Positions 63,397 through 64,000 of a stretch of 64,000 nucleotides of DNA are shown piece after piece. Each line of letters opens with the position of its first letter. The first letter of the stretch is position 1. A program made the position numbers and the translations under genes. Origin of the DNA: Candidatus Bathyarchaeota archaeon (lineage in GTDB: Archaea > Thermoproteota > Bathyarchaeia > Bathyarchaeales > Bathycorpusculaceae). Location: positions 28,272-92,271 of the forward strand of contig JAOZHV010000044.1 of the NCBI GenBank assembly GCA_026014725.1, given 5' to 3'. The notes beneath the pieces are model-generated. The model was not told where the DNA came from. It was given only the letters and a program-made list of their open reading frames with translations, and searched no databases.

Positions 63397-63399
63397 TTG

Positions 63400-64000
63400 T
63401 TATTTTTGGCATTGTGTCATGATTTCTTGAGGTATTCTCTGAAGTGGTAGCGTTTTGTCCGCAACGCCTTCGTCTATTGCTGCTTTGGGCATCCCGAATA
63501 TGGTTGATGTTTCTTCGTCTTGGGCAATTGTTGTTCCGCCTTTTTGTTTTATGGCTCTCAAGCCATTAGCGCCGTCTCTCCCCATACCAGTGAGGATTAC
63601 CCCCAGAGTTTTTGACCTAAACACTTCTGCAGCTGTTTGCATCATTGGGTCAACAGCTGGACGAACAGCATGTATCGGGGGGTCTGTATTGAGGTGGATG
63701 CGTTCTTCTTTTGTTATGGTCATGTGGTAGCCTCCCTGCGCGATAAGTACGCGATTTCTGATTATGTAGTCCCCTTCTTCTGCCTCTTTCACTTCAAACT
63801 TGCAGATTCCAGCCAGTCTGTCAGCAAAGCATTTGGTGAAGGTTGGCGGCATATGTTGAACGATTAAGATTGGTGGAATTTCCTGTGGTAACGCAATAAG
63901 GATGCTTTCTAATGCTGCAGGTCCTCCTGTTGACGCTCCTATAAGAACTACACTCTTAGTTTTTGACGATATACTGGTGGGTGGAACTGGCTTGATTTTA
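63400..64000 (-). CDS. cheB: chemotaxis protein-glutamate methylesterase CheB (5' part runs off the window end)
   Basis: The frame stays open to position 64000. VVLIGASTGGPAALESIL, PPILIVQHMPPTFT and ILTGMGRDGANGL give the Ser/His/Asp methylesterase motifs. Confidence 0.85.
   Translation of the reverse strand, partial: KIKPVPPTSISSKTKSVVLIGASTGGPAALESILIALPQEIPPILIVQHMPPTFTKCFADRLAGICKFEVKEAEEGDYIIRNRVLIAQGGYHMTITKEERIHLNTDPPIHAVRPAVDPMMQTAAEVFRSKTLGVILTGMGRDGANGLRAIKQKGGTTIAQDEETSTIFGMPKAAIDEGVADKTLPLQRIPQEIMTQCQK

Overview
This window looks like archaeal chromosome. The evidence is a SecE-Spt5-uL11-uL1-uL10 cluster, uL15-SecY, archaeal-type DTD2, PurP, archaeal-type PEP carboxylase and a class III (type IV pilin-like) signal peptide. 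Gene content loosely suggests a Bathyarchaeia/Thermoproteota-like anaerobe, but that is only an inference. Every call comes from reading motifs in the supplied translations and DNA; no database search was run.

Layout:
- 0-17 kb: core genes. These are secY, rpl15, a carbamoyltransferase, DTD2, the secE-spt5-L11-L1-L10 cluster, PEPC, mgsA, an antiporter, a GNAT and a LarA-like gene.
- 17-35 kb: accessory surface island. It carries two paralogous PQQ-propeller surface proteins (one is outside the island at 3.2 kb), an 864-aa pilin-like protein, an IPT-repeat protein with an uninterrupted collagen-like GXY tract, five small wHTH/RHH proteins, VapBC and an S8 protease. Two families of dispersed intergenic repeats are embedded in it.
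- 36-43 kb: core genes. These are purC-purP-purP, a RIO-like kinase, an EF-2 paralogue without the diphthamide histidine, and Ogg.
- 44-52 kb: three paralogues of an unknown membrane-anchored alpha/beta protein family, a tRNA(CAT), an ICMT-type methyltransferase and an 818-aa beta-helix protein.
- 52-64 kb: a duplicated tungsten-type AOR + ferredoxin module with a duplicated promoter, a MoaD-like GG protein, PadR, a receiver-TrmB regulator, a PAS histidine-kinase-like protein and a CheB gene that runs off the window. Both the receiver and the kinase-like protein appear to lack their phospho-sites.

I recognised no rRNA, CRISPR array, transposase or integrase.

The best candidates for undescribed biology are:
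- the repeat-flanked regulator/RHH/collagen-like cassette at 25.4-32.7 kb
- the three-paralogue + beta-helix locus
- the apparently phospho-dead two-component pair
- the EF-2 paralogue
- a 3.1-kb insertion bounded by 118-nt direct repeats
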